Shown piece by piece: positions 9,838-19,097 of a stretch of DNA of 64,000 nt. Within the stretch, counting starts at the first letter, position 1, and each line of letters opens with the position of its first letter. A program made the translations under genes and the position numbers. This DNA comes from an uncultured Actinomycetota bacterium (lineage in GTDB: Bacteria; Actinomycetota; Actinomycetes; JAHEKZ01). Location of the stretch: the NCBI GenBank assembly GCA_963829525.1, contig CAWHIJ010000003.1:2496001-2560000 (forward strand). Reading direction: 5' to 3'. The notes under the pieces were generated by a model. It did not search any database. It was not told where the DNA came from and worked only from the letters and a program-made list of their open reading frames with translations.

Positions 9838-11087
9838 ACGTGGCTCATTTCTGTCGACGCGCTCGGCGGCACGCTGGCGCGGTCCTCGGCAGAGGGCACT
9901 AACCCGGCGCGCAGCCAGACACCGACGCCAGCAGGTTGGAATACCAACTGCACGACTGACTCCAGATCGGCCTGGACCACTCCCTCCTCGCTGCTCACCC
10001 GGAGGCGGTCAGCAAACTCTCCTATCGCCAACTCTGCGTCGTAGTGCTCGCGATCGAATCTGCGGTCCACTACTCGACGAACGCGTCTCAGCAGAGGCCG
10101 AAACGCCGCCGCTACGAGCAGCGTTGCCGCCGCGACGACGAGCGGCTGCCTACCGCTCACGAGTTCACTTGCAGTCGCAACCGTCACTGCATAGATGGCG
10201 ATCAACGAGCCGGTGACAAGGACATAGGAAGTGGTGCGGCTAATGATTCGATCGATGTCGTAGAGCCGATAGCGCAAGATCGCCACGCCGCAGGACACAA
10301 CGAAGAATGAGAGGACGAGCACCTCGGCGATTGAAGTGAGCGCTGGGGGGACAAAGCGGCCGAAGGTGGCTTCGAACGCGACGAGAAGGACGATCAGCGC
10401 GACCGCGAAGCCGAACCACCGCATCTGCTCGCGTTCGATCCCTCGCGAACGCCTTACCCGAAGGACCGAGGAGACGATGGACGCCGCCATCCCCGCCAGG
10501 AAAAGCAGGCCAAAGAACCCAGCGAATGCGGAGTCCTCGACGCTAGACACACTGGCCATGAAGGGTGGTGAGAATGGGTTTGGCGCTGACCGGGTGACCT
10601 CACCCGCCGATGAGTACTCCACTCCAACGGTTGGAACCATTGCCGCAACGAGGGTGATTCCCAGGGCGGAGAGCGTCGAGAGCCAGAGGACCGGGCGCCA
10701 TCGTGGGGACAGCAAACCAGATGGGAACAGAAGCAGCGTCACCGTGGTCAACAGGAAGAGCAAGGGGTACCAGGCCCATGCGGAGACCCACGCAGCCAGG
10801 AAACCCCACCAAGGCACTTCACCCGGTACCCGCGTCGCTAATGAAGTGGTCACGACCGCAAGGGACAGCGTTCCCGCCAGGGTGCCAATGCCGAGGAAGA
10901 CCCAACCCATCGGATTGCTTGGTCGCTGACGTGCCACCGAGGCGCCAACCACCGTCTCCGCGGCAACCGGGAAGAGCAGCAGGGGATTCTGCATCTCGCC
11001 AAATGTGAACGCGGCTGAAACGATCCCGATCGCCGCTGTCACCACCATCACCCACCACACGACGCGCAGCCCGACGTGCGCGTTCAT
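9834..11087 (-). CDS. Multi-pass membrane sensor-like protein, paralog P3
   Basis: NPMGW, LLFPSGLLSPRWR, QMRW, RYRLYDID, VFQPAGVGVWL. Confidence 0.87.
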   Translation of the reverse strand: MNAHVGLRVVWWVMVVTAAIGIVSAAFTFGEMQNPLLLFPVAAETVVGASVARQRPSNPMGWVFLGIGTLAGTLSLAVVTTSLATRVPGEVPWWGFLAAWVSAWAWYPLLFLLTTVTLLLFPSGLLSPRWRPVLWLSTLSALGITLVAAMVPTVGVEYSSAGEVTRSAPNPFSPPFMASVSSVEDSAFAGFFGLLFLAGMAASIVSSVLRVRRSRGIEREQMRWFGFAVALIVLLVAFEATFGRFVPPALTSIAEVLVLSFFVVSCGVAILRYRLYDIDRIISRTTSYVLVTGSLIAIYAVTVATASELVSGRQPLVVAAATLLVAAAFRPLLRRVRRVVDRRFDREHYDAELAIGEFADRLRVSSEEGVVQADLESVVQLVFQPAGVGVWLRAGLVPSAEDRASVPPSASTEMSHV

Positions 11088-12301
11088 GGCGTCTGCTCCG
11101 GTATCCAGACCGCCATGCTCGCGGGTTGTACGGTGGCACCGAGCACGGCGAGAAGATCCGAACGCACCTCTTCGCCCTCGACCTCGTCACGAAGCCTGAC
11201 CGCGAAGGCCTCTACTGCGCGCTCGGCATCGAACTGCTCACGGTTGAACCTCCGGTCCACCACCTGACGGGCCCATCGCAACACCGGCCGGAACAACCCG
11301 GCCGCAACCAAAGTCGCAACCGCAACCGCCCACGAGTCTGGCGCTCCCGTCGAACCAGACTCCGGAACCAACTGCGTTAACGACGTGACCACCACCGCAT
11401 AAACCGCCAGCAATACCCCAGTGACCAACGCATACGCCGTCGTCCGACCAATAATCCGATCAATGTCGTACAAGTGGTAGCGAAGAATCGCCACCCCACA
11501 AGTCAACGGAACCAGCATCATGATGAGCGTGAAAGTGACGTCTCCGAGCGCAGAGTCACGGAACCCCGGCGATACACCTCCGATCACCATGTGCAACGGA
11601 ATGAGCAGAATGGCGAACGCGAAGAGTCGCATCTGCAGCCGCTCGACGCCCCGAGACTGCCAGGTGCGCAGCACAACCGACCAGATCGATGCCAGCCCAC
11701 AAGCAACTGCCAGAAGGATCAGCCCCTGAACACCTGGAGAATCCAGCGAAGGGTCCGCTTCAACGATGAATGATGGAGCTAGCGAGTTGCTGACCACAAC
11801 AGCGTTGGCCTCGACACCTACCTCACCGATATCGATCGTCGGTGCCGTCGCAAATGCCAAGGTCAGCAATCCAGTGACCCAGGCAGATAGCCACAGCACC
11901 GGGCGCCATCGCGTCGACTTCAGCCCAGAAGGGTAAAGCAGCAGGCCGAACGTACAAATCAGCATCAATAGGGGCAGCCAGGCCCAGCTGTAGAACCAGC
12001 CGGCCAGCACCACCATGCCTTCGATGGGTGTTCCGGAATCCACGGCCGCCTGGACGACGGCCCCAGAGTCGATGCTGAGAATCAGGAGAAGGCCCACGCA
12101 CATCAAGAGCCAACCAAAGGGGTTCTTCGGCCGACGAAGCGCAATCAGGGCTCCGACACCGACGTAGCTGATAACGGTGAAGAGTAGGAAGAAGTTGTCG
12201 ATGTCGAACGATGGTGGCACCAGAATCTCGACGACGCAGGAGACCCCAGTCGCAGCAAGGATCAGCCACCAGACTCCTCGCTGAACGATTCGCGAACTCA
12301 T
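11084..12301 (-). CDS. Multi-pass membrane sensor-like protein, paralog P4
   Basis: NPFGW, LLYPSGLKSTRWR, RYHLYDID, TVQPASMAVW. Confidence 0.87.
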   Translation of the reverse strand: MSSRIVQRGVWWLILAATGVSCVVEILVPPSFDIDNFFLLFTVISYVGVGALIALRRPKNPFGWLLMCVGLLLILSIDSGAVVQAAVDSGTPIEGMVVLAGWFYSWAWLPLLMLICTFGLLLYPSGLKSTRWRPVLWLSAWVTGLLTLAFATAPTIDIGEVGVEANAVVVSNSLAPSFIVEADPSLDSPGVQGLILLAVACGLASIWSVVLRTWQSRGVERLQMRLFAFAILLIPLHMVIGGVSPGFRDSALGDVTFTLIMMLVPLTCGVAILRYHLYDIDRIIGRTTAYALVTGVLLAVYAVVVTSLTQLVPESGSTGAPDSWAVAVATLVAAGLFRPVLRWARQVVDRRFNREQFDAERAVEAFAVRLRDEVEGEEVRSDLLAVLGATVQPASMAVWIPEQTP

Positions 12302-13491
12302 GACGTCGGCTCCCGAAGCCAGACTGTGGTGCTGGCCGGCTGGACCGTTGCGCGGAGCACGGCCAGGAGGTCAGCACGAACCTGCCCGCTGTCGACCTCA
12401 TCGCGCAACCTCACCGCGAAGGCTTCCACCGCGCGCTCGGCGTCGAACTGCTCACGGTTGAACCTCCGGTCCACCACCCGTCGCGCCCATCGCAACACCG
12501 GCCGGAACAACCCCGCAGCAACCAAGGTGGCCACCGCAACCGCCCACGAGTCAGCCTGCCCCGTCGACCCTGACTCCGGGACCAGACTCGTCAACGACGT
12601 CACGACCGCCGCGTACACAGCCAACAGGACAGCCGTGACCAACGCATACGCCGTCGTCCGACCAATAATCCGATCAATGTCGTACAGGTGGTAGCGAAGA
12701 ATCGCCACCCCACATGCCAGGGGAAGCAACGACAACACCACTGCTAGAAGAACTGTGTCGCTCGATGTCCACTCCGTAAGCAAGGACTGCACCATGAAGA
12801 GAGCCGAGACGAGGCCCGCGAGGATCAGCCACTTGATCTGGGAACGCTCGCGGTATCCACCACCACGGAAACGCAGCACCAACGACCACACCGACAGTCC
12901 CAGGGTAAGGAGAAAGCCAAGAGCGACGAACTCGAGTGCGTCAACGAAATCGCGAAGGGCCTCCGGAGTGTAGGGATTCTGCTTCGGCCGGCCGGCCGCA
13001 TCGGTGTACTGCGTGCTTGAGAACGCAACACTCAGCGTCCAGATGACAGTGACCACCCCTGCGCCCCATGCGACAGGACGCCACCGTGCGTTCAGCAAGT
13101 GACCATCGGGGAAGAGTAAGAAGGGGAAGGTGAGGAACACCGCCAGAAGCGGTGCCCACGGCCAGTTGCCGAACCACTCGGAGGCCGTTCCGCCGAAGCC
13201 ACCAGGCCTCACCACGGTGGCCCAGCCGGTGTATCCGGTATTGGCAATCGCCACTGAGATCCATAGGCCGCAGCCGAGGTAGATCCAACCAATCGCGTTG
13301 TCCGTGCGCCTGGTGGCGATCAGCAAGCCAACAGTTCCCAGGGCAAGAGCAGGCAGACCCAGGGCAATCACGCTCAGCGTGTAACTCGAACCAATCGTGC
13401 CGAAATTGACTATGACGAGAACGCACCCGACGAGAAGCAGAGCGACCAGCAGCGACCACAGACCTCGAGCCAAGTAGGTTGCTCGCCTCAT
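12298..13491 (-). CDS. Multi-pass membrane sensor-like protein, paralog P5
   Basis: NAIGW, LLFPDGHLLNARWR, RYHLYDID, TVQPASTTVWL. Confidence 0.87.
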   Translation of the reverse strand: MRRATYLARGLWSLLVALLLVGCVLVIVNFGTIGSSYTLSVIALGLPALALGTVGLLIATRRTDNAIGWIYLGCGLWISVAIANTGYTGWATVVRPGGFGGTASEWFGNWPWAPLLAVFLTFPFLLFPDGHLLNARWRPVAWGAGVVTVIWTLSVAFSSTQYTDAAGRPKQNPYTPEALRDFVDALEFVALGFLLTLGLSVWSLVLRFRGGGYRERSQIKWLILAGLVSALFMVQSLLTEWTSSDTVLLAVVLSLLPLACGVAILRYHLYDIDRIIGRTTAYALVTAVLLAVYAAVVTSLTSLVPESGSTGQADSWAVAVATLVAAGLFRPVLRWARRVVDRRFNREQFDAERAVEAFAVRLRDEVDSGQVRADLLAVLRATVQPASTTVWLREPTS

Positions 13492-14726
13492 GGCGTGGGC
13501 TCCTTCAACCAGAGGCCAGTAGAGGCCGGTTGCACAGTCGACCCCAGCACCTTCAGCAGGTCCGACCGCACTTCCTCGCCCTCGACCTCGTCGCGAAGCC
13601 TGACTGCAAAGGCTTCCACCGCGCGCTCGGCATCGAACTGCTCACGGTTAAACCTCCGGTCCACCACCCGGCGCGCCCACCGCAATACCGGCCGGAACAA
13701 TCCAGCCGCGACCAACGTGGCCACAGCAACAGCCCACGAGTCCGCTTGTCCTGTCGAACCCGACGCCGGCACCAGACTGGTCAACGACGTCACCACGGCT
13801 ACGTAAACGCCGAGAAGCACGCCCGTAACAAGGACATAGGCAGTGGTCCGTCCAATGATCCGGTCAATGTCGTACAGCCGGTAACGCAGGATCGCCACAC
13901 CACACGAAAGGGGAATGAGCGCGAAGGCAACGGCCAGGAGGACGTAGCGCCCCGTGGAGTGTCCGTGCTCGGCCAAGTACTGAGCGGGCCAAAGAACCAG
14001 GATCAGCAAGGCGATGGCGGCTGCGAAGAGTCGCATCTGTAGGCGTTCAACGCCAGTCGAACGCCAGGTGCGACGTACGGCTGCCCCAACGGCCGCCACG
14101 ACGCACACTGCCATGAGCGAGATGAATACCGGAAAGATGAAGTCAAGGGGTCGGGCGTCCGGACCATCTGGGTGCGCCGACATGACCTGGCCAACGAAGT
14201 TCGGTGACATCGGATTCTCAAGCTCGACCTGAGCAGAACCAGTGCCAGGCAAGTCGACCCATACCGTTGGGGCGGTGACCCCGAGAACGAAGCTGGAAGC
14301 GATCAAGGCCCATGCCAGCCATAGGACGGGCCTCCACCTATGTGAAGGGAGGCCGGAGGGATACAGCAGAAAGGTGACCGCCGTCGAGAGGAGAATCAGA
14401 GGGAACACCAGCGCGATCCCCAACTGCGCCGGGATAGCCACATCGGGACCGTACGGGAGCCCGCCGGCCTGGGCACGCTCCGTCAGGGACAGCAATAGCG
14501 CGGTCAGCGACCCCAGGAGACCTACGAAGAGAAAGACCCAGCCGATCGCGTTGTCTGGGCGCCGATAGGCAATGACGGCACCCACCGGCGCGAAGACCAG
14601 ATAGGCGAGAAAGAGAAGGTCTTCTTCCCCGTAGCCGGGCTGCACAACGGTCTTGACGACCAGAACCACCATGATCGCGGCAAGTACTCCCCACCACACG
14701 GCCCGCTGCAGCCCCAGTCGGTTCAT
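13488..14726 (-). CDS. Multi-pass membrane sensor-like protein, paralog P6
   Basis: NAIGW, LLYPSGLPSHRWR, RYRLYDID, TVQPASTGLWL. Confidence 0.87.
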   Translation of the reverse strand: MNRLGLQRAVWWGVLAAIMVVLVVKTVVQPGYGEEDLLFLAYLVFAPVGAVIAYRRPDNAIGWVFLFVGLLGSLTALLLSLTERAQAGGLPYGPDVAIPAQLGIALVFPLILLSTAVTFLLYPSGLPSHRWRPVLWLAWALIASSFVLGVTAPTVWVDLPGTGSAQVELENPMSPNFVGQVMSAHPDGPDARPLDFIFPVFISLMAVCVVAAVGAAVRRTWRSTGVERLQMRLFAAAIALLILVLWPAQYLAEHGHSTGRYVLLAVAFALIPLSCGVAILRYRLYDIDRIIGRTTAYVLVTGVLLGVYVAVVTSLTSLVPASGSTGQADSWAVAVATLVAAGLFRPVLRWARRVVDRRFNREQFDAERAVEAFAVRLRDEVEGEEVRSDLLKVLGSTVQPASTGLWLKEPTP

Positions 14727-15919
14727 GTGATCGGCTCGCGGGTCCAGAGGGCAAAGGCGCCGGGCTGAACTGTCATCTCGAGAGTCGCAACGAGTTCTTC
14801 TGAGACGACCGCGGGTTGCACCTGGTGTCGCATCCGATCAGCGAACTGTTCCACCGCCATCTGACCGTCATACCTTTGTCGGTTGAAGCGCCGGTCGACG
14901 AAGCCCTGGACGCGCGTGAGAACTGGTCTGAAGAGTGCCGCCGCGGTCAAGGTGGCAACAGCCACAACCGGTCCGTCAGCCGTGTTGGGCAGGAGGCCAG
15001 ATGCGAGTGTGATCACACCCACGTACACCGCGATCAAGGTAAGGCTGACCAGTGCGTACGAGACCGTCCGACTAACGAGGCGATCTAGCTCATAGAGCCG
15101 ATAGCGGCTCACAGCAATACCAATCGCTACGGCAATCGCGTTCATCGGCAGTGCCCACAGGAGGTTCACCAGTCCGAACTGCAGGATCTCGTCAGCGCCG
15201 GTCGGCAGCAGTTCAAGCGTCGCGATGGTGGCCAGTGCCACCGCCACGCCGGCGATGAACCACCGGTACTGCAGCCGAACGATCCCAGTGCTACCCCTCC
15301 AACGAAGGGTCTGGCTGATCAGCGTGGCGAGAACGAGAGTGGGAACAACGAGGAAGCCGGGCCCTTCGATGAACCAGGTGCTAATCCCTTCCAGCATGCT
15401 CACCCGAAGTGGGTTGGGTCGCTCACTGTCGATCAGCCGTGGACCCACCAGGTTGAGGAACGTGATCCACACCGCCAGGGCACACAGGACACGAGACAGC
15501 ACCTTCGCTCCTCGCGTGGCTCCGAACCCCGAGGGGAATGCGATAACCACCCCGATGAGCCCGATCCAGCCGAGCGCCCCGGCGAGCATGCCGGGCATCT
15601 CCAGCAGCACCGGTCCACGCGGCGACGGGCGGAGAAGCAGATCGTGCGTTGCGGTCGTGATCGCCATGCAGGAACCGGTGAAGAGCAGCAGCCGTCCGAC
15701 TGTGTTAGCACGCCGGTGGAGCAGGATCATCATTCCGACGATCGGAAACCCGACCCAGGCGATTCCCCACCACGAGTCGGCCTGAGATGTCGATTCTGAA
15801 GCGTCCGCGAGGCCCAACTCGATGGCGACATTCCAAAGGAAGCCAGAGAGCAGCACTGCCGTGACGACCATCGCGGTCCCGACGAGTGCCGCCCTGCGAT
15901 AGCTCTCCCTCTCGCCCAA
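14723..15919 (-). CDS. Multi-pass membrane sensor-like protein, paralog P7 (start uncertain)
   Basis: NTVGR, AFPSG, QYRW, RYRLYELD, VDRRFNRQRYD, TVQPGAFALW. Confidence 0.83.
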   Translation of the reverse strand: MGERESYRRAALVGTAMVVTAVLLSGFLWNVAIELGLADASESTSQADSWWGIAWVGFPIVGMMILLHRRANTVGRLLLFTGSCMAITTATHDLLLRPSPRGPVLLEMPGMLAGALGWIGLIGVVIAFPSGFGATRGAKVLSRVLCALAVWITFLNLVGPRLIDSERPNPLRVSMLEGISTWFIEGPGFLVVPTLVLATLISQTLRWRGSTGIVRLQYRWFIAGVAVALATIATLELLPTGADEILQFGLVNLLWALPMNAIAVAIGIAVSRYRLYELDRLVSRTVSYALVSLTLIAVYVGVITLASGLLPNTADGPVVAVATLTAAALFRPVLTRVQGFVDRRFNRQRYDGQMAVEQFADRMRHQVQPAVVSEELVATLEMTVQPGAFALWTREPIT

Positions 15920-15929
15920 GGCGGGCCGC

Positions 15930-16676
15930 CTATCCGCTGGACCGCTGCGGACGGAGCATCCTGATCGGGGTCGTGACAATGTGGATCCCGGAACGGATTC
16001 CGGAGTTGTGCCACACGTTCCGCCAGTTCGACCACAACCGCTTGCGGTCGACGCAGATGGTCTCCTCGGACACCTTGGCGTCCACGACGCCGTAGTGCGC
16101 GGCCAAGTTCGTCAGCGTTCCCATCCAGAACTCGTCTTCTTTACGACGAGCCACGGGCCAGGCAAGCTCCCAGATCGGGTCGTTGGGCCTGATCAGAATC
16201 TTGATCTCCACTCGAGTCTCACCGGCGTCCTCCTCCGCGGAGAACGTGATCATGCCCGCGAACATGTGCCCCTCGGGCGTCATGAAGGTGAAAGATTCCT
16301 CGTCGGCGTAGATGACCAAGATCCCCGTGGCCAACTTCGGCCCGTGACTGGCGATACCCACCTCTATCGGCGTCACCGCACCGGGCTCGATCCCCGTCAA
16401 GCTGTTGTGGAACACGCTGCCAGGGGGCCAGTAGTCGCCGAAGTTCACCTTCCAGTCGCCGATGAGCGACTTGGCACCGACCACCGATCCGAGATTCGTC
16501 GAGTACGTGCGTTGCCAAAGCCGGCCGAAGCCCTGCTGTGGACCGGTGACCTTCTTACCGGTGATGTTGTACCCGACCTTTGACTTCTCATCGGGTGCCG
16601 CCAGCCTGTCGACCTTGGTCGCCCAGTTGCCCGCATCGCGCGGACCGACTGGGTCGTTCGTGCCTGGGGTGGTCAT
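15930..16676 (-). CDS. Conserved hypothetical soluble protein
   Basis: Protein-like, Trp-rich 248-aa ORF (GPQQGFGRLWQRTY, FTFMTPEGHMFAGMITF) with GAGGAG RBS, tightly packed in the operon. Confidence 0.75.
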   Translation of the reverse strand: MTTPGTNDPVGPRDAGNWATKVDRLAAPDEKSKVGYNITGKKVTGPQQGFGRLWQRTYSTNLGSVVGAKSLIGDWKVNFGDYWPPGSVFHNSLTGIEPGAVTPIEVGIASHGPKLATGILVIYADEESFTFMTPEGHMFAGMITFSAEEDAGETRVEIKILIRPNDPIWELAWPVARRKEDEFWMGTLTNLAAHYGVVDAKVSEETICVDRKRLWSNWRNVWHNSGIRSGIHIVTTPIRMLRPQRSSG

Positions 16677-16688
16677 CGCTTCTCCTCG

Positions 16689-17039
16689 TTACGCACTTGC
16701 GAGCGCGGTAGCAGCATCTGCGTGCAGTGCGATCGCCTCGTCGAGGCGGGTCAGCTCAAAGATCTGCCGGTAGTGATCGGTGAGGCCAACGGCAGCCAGC
16801 TTCTGCTGCTGACGGTTGGCGCGTACGAGCAAAGTGACGAGCATGCCGATTCCGCCACTGTTCATGTATGTGAGCCCAGTGAAGTCGAGGACGAGGAAGC
16901 GCGTTCCCGGGGCACAGGCCTCGTCGTACGCCGACATCAAAACCGGCTCGCACGCCGCGGTCACATCACCTGCGATCTCGATGACTGCTGTTCCGGCCTC
17001 GGGGAAGTGCACCGTCATGCTGACCTGTGGTTCTGACAT
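16689..17039 (-). CDS. STAS-domain anti-anti-sigma-factor-like protein
   Basis: LVLDFTGLTYMNSGGIGMLV with phospho-Ser position; IFELTRLD. Confidence 0.92.
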   Translation of the reverse strand: MSEPQVSMTVHFPEAGTAVIEIAGDVTAACEPVLMSAYDEACAPGTRFLVLDFTGLTYMNSGGIGMLVTLLVRANRQQQKLAAVGLTDHYRQIFELTRLDEAIALHADAATALASA

Positions 17040-17058
17040 GAGTTTCGTCCTTTCGCCG

Positions 17059-17409
17059 TTATGCGGTGGTGGCGCCGACCGCGGCGTCAACGTCGGAGAA
17101 GACCTGGATGAAGTCGGACAAGCGAGTGATGTCGAAGATGTGGCGGTAGTGCTCTGTGAGTCCAGACGCGTGGACCGCCCGCTTCTCGGCTCGCGCTCGC
17201 CCCAGCAGACTCACGATCAGCGCGATGCCCGTGGAGTTGATGTAGTCGACCGCATCGAAGTCCAGGACGACGGTCGCCGGGCTCGACAAAGCTGCCGTGT
17301 CGTAAGCCGCGGCGAGCAGCCCCGATGCGTCACGGTCGATCTGTCCGGTGAGGACAATCACCGCAGTCTCCGGGTCATGGCGGACGACGACTTCATATTC
17401 TGTTGTCAT
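17059..17409 (-). CDS. STAS-domain anti-anti-sigma-factor-like protein
   Basis: VVLDFDAVDYINSTGIALIV; IFDITRL; ATGA overlap with upstream gene. Confidence 0.92.
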   Translation of the reverse strand: MTTEYEVVVRHDPETAVIVLTGQIDRDASGLLAAAYDTAALSSPATVVLDFDAVDYINSTGIALIVSLLGRARAEKRAVHASGLTEHYRHIFDITRLSDFIQVFSDVDAAVGATTA

Positions 17410-19097
17410 GACGTGGCTCCGTCCTTCTCGGCTGGGTCAGCCGCTGATGGATCGACGTTGAGGACCAGCCGAACGGTGTGCCGCTCTTCCCTGGTGTGCT
17501 CTTCGCACTCGTCGACCATGTTCTCGATGAGGAACAGTCCCCATCCACGCGTTGTCTGCAGGCCCGCCAACTTCAGCTCGAGGTCGGGGGTGTCGGCGAC
17601 GGCGTCCTCGCCCCGTCCGCCGAGGTCGCTGATCTCGACAGCGATCCCCCGCGCGGTACGCAAGACCACCACGTCAACCGGAAGCTCGGCGCGATTGTGG
17701 TTGCCGTGCTCGATGGCATTCATCGCCGCCTCCGCGGAGGCCGTCTTGATGCGCTCGAGCTGGTCGGTGCTGAGCCCACTGTCTGCGACGATCTCGGCCA
17801 CTCGCGCTAGTACGAGCCGCTCATTCCCCGGTTCGCTGGGAACCGAGAACCTGGAGAGCACCTCCTCAGCCTCTGGTTGGGCCGGTCGAGCGGCTGCGCT
17901 CCGTTCCAGCGTCACCAGCGTGACGTCGTCCTCCTGCTCCAGGCCGCCGGAGAAGCGCTCCAACGTCGACACACATGCGTCAACGAGGGCGGGGCCGGAC
18001 TCCGCTTGCCCTACAAGGTCTTGGGTTCGGTCGAAGCCAAACATCTCGCCGTCATCGTTGTGTTGCTCCGTGATGCCATCGCTATAGAGCAGCAGGACCT
18101 CTCCTGGGTTGATGACCGCCTGCACCTCGTCGTAGGAACTCTCCGGCATCAGGCCAAGGGGCATTCCAGTCGCTCGCAGCTCGCGGACTCCGTCTCGACC
18201 CCGCACGAACGGCAAGTTGTGGCCGGCATTGGCCAACTGCACCTCGCCCGTGTCACGGTCGAAGACCAGCACCAGACAGGTCACAAACATGTGCGCTGGG
18301 ATGTCGGTGCAGAGCAGCTCGTTGACCCGTCCCAGAACCGCCGCAGGAGAGATGAGCCGCGGGCCGGCCTCGCGCAACAAGGCGTGGGTGCTGGCCATCA
18401 CCAGGGCCGCTGGCACACCTTTGTCCGTCACATCACCGGTGACCACCATGATGCGTCCGTCAGGAAGTTCCATGACGTCGTAGAAGTCCCCACCAACGGT
18501 GCGCGCCGGCAGATAGAAGGCTGACAGGTCCCAACCGGCCAAGTTCGGCAACGACTGCGGAAGGAACTGCTGCTGGATCAGCTGTGCGACGCGAAGCTCT
18601 TGCTCGATGCGCTCACGAACTCTCGCTTCGCCTTGCTGCTGACGTACCATCTGCCCAAGCCGCAGGGCCGGAGCGGCATACCGAGCGAGGGTGTCGAGAA
18701 GTCGTCGGTCGTCATGGGAGTACCCGCGCTCCGACAGGCGTTGGCCTAGCGCCAGCAGCCCCACCATTTCTCCCGAGGCAACGAGCGGTACGACCAGCTC
18801 GACGCCCGACTCGCGCATGTCGATGACGGCGGGTGAGTCTTGCGGCAGCGTCGTCACGTCCACCGGCCCTGACGCTCCCTGGAGGAAGGCCAGGACTGGG
18901 TCGTTGGGTGCGATGTCCAGGGTGAGGGTCTCGGTCTTCGAGGTGGCCAGCTCAACGGTCGGAGCCACCTCATCTGTGGCGCGGGGCCGGCGCCACCAGC
19001 GCCTGGTTCCGGCCGTCCCCTGTGCGGCCGGAGCCGGCGACGTGGAACCCTCGGGCCGATCCTCAGCCAGAGTCCGGGGCCGCGACGTCGAGCTCAA
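17406..19097 (-). CDS. Partial-GAF + SpoIIE/RsbU-type PP2C phosphatase + RsbW-like HATPase kinase fusion (start uncertain, TTG 19097 or frameshifted GTG 19110)
   Basis: PP2C motifs GGDFYD, GDVTDKG, NAGH, YSDGITE, EDDVT; GHKL motifs EAAMNAIEHG, SDLG, GWGLFLI; GAF-type tail VVPLVASGEMVGLLALG...YSHDDRRLLDTLA. Confidence 0.92.
   Translation of the reverse strand: MSSTSRPRTLAEDRPEGSTSPAPAAQGTAGTRRWWRRPRATDEVAPTVELATSKTETLTLDIAPNDPVLAFLQGASGPVDVTTLPQDSPAVIDMRESGVELVVPLVASGEMVGLLALGQRLSERGYSHDDRRLLDTLARYAAPALRLGQMVRQQQGEARVRERIEQELRVAQLIQQQFLPQSLPNLAGWDLSAFYLPARTVGGDFYDVMELPDGRIMVVTGDVTDKGVPAALVMASTHALLREAGPRLISPAAVLGRVNELLCTDIPAHMFVTCLVLVFDRDTGEVQLANAGHNLPFVRGRDGVRELRATGMPLGLMPESSYDEVQAVINPGEVLLLYSDGITEQHNDDGEMFGFDRTQDLVGQAESGPALVDACVSTLERFSGGLEQEDDVTLVTLERSAAARPAQPEAEEVLSRFSVPSEPGNERLVLARVAEIVADSGLSTDQLERIKTASAEAAMNAIEHGNHNRAELPVDVVVLRTARGIAVEISDLGGRGEDAVADTPDLELKLAGLQTTRGWGLFLIENMVDECEEHTREERHTVRLVLNVDPSAADPAEKDGATS

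Noticed and set aside
11084-14726. Diversity-generating retroelement (TR/VR) explanation for the near-identical repeats
   Set aside because: No reverse transcriptase in the window, the repeats are the conserved rather than the variable part, and I saw no adenine-specific mismatch pattern.
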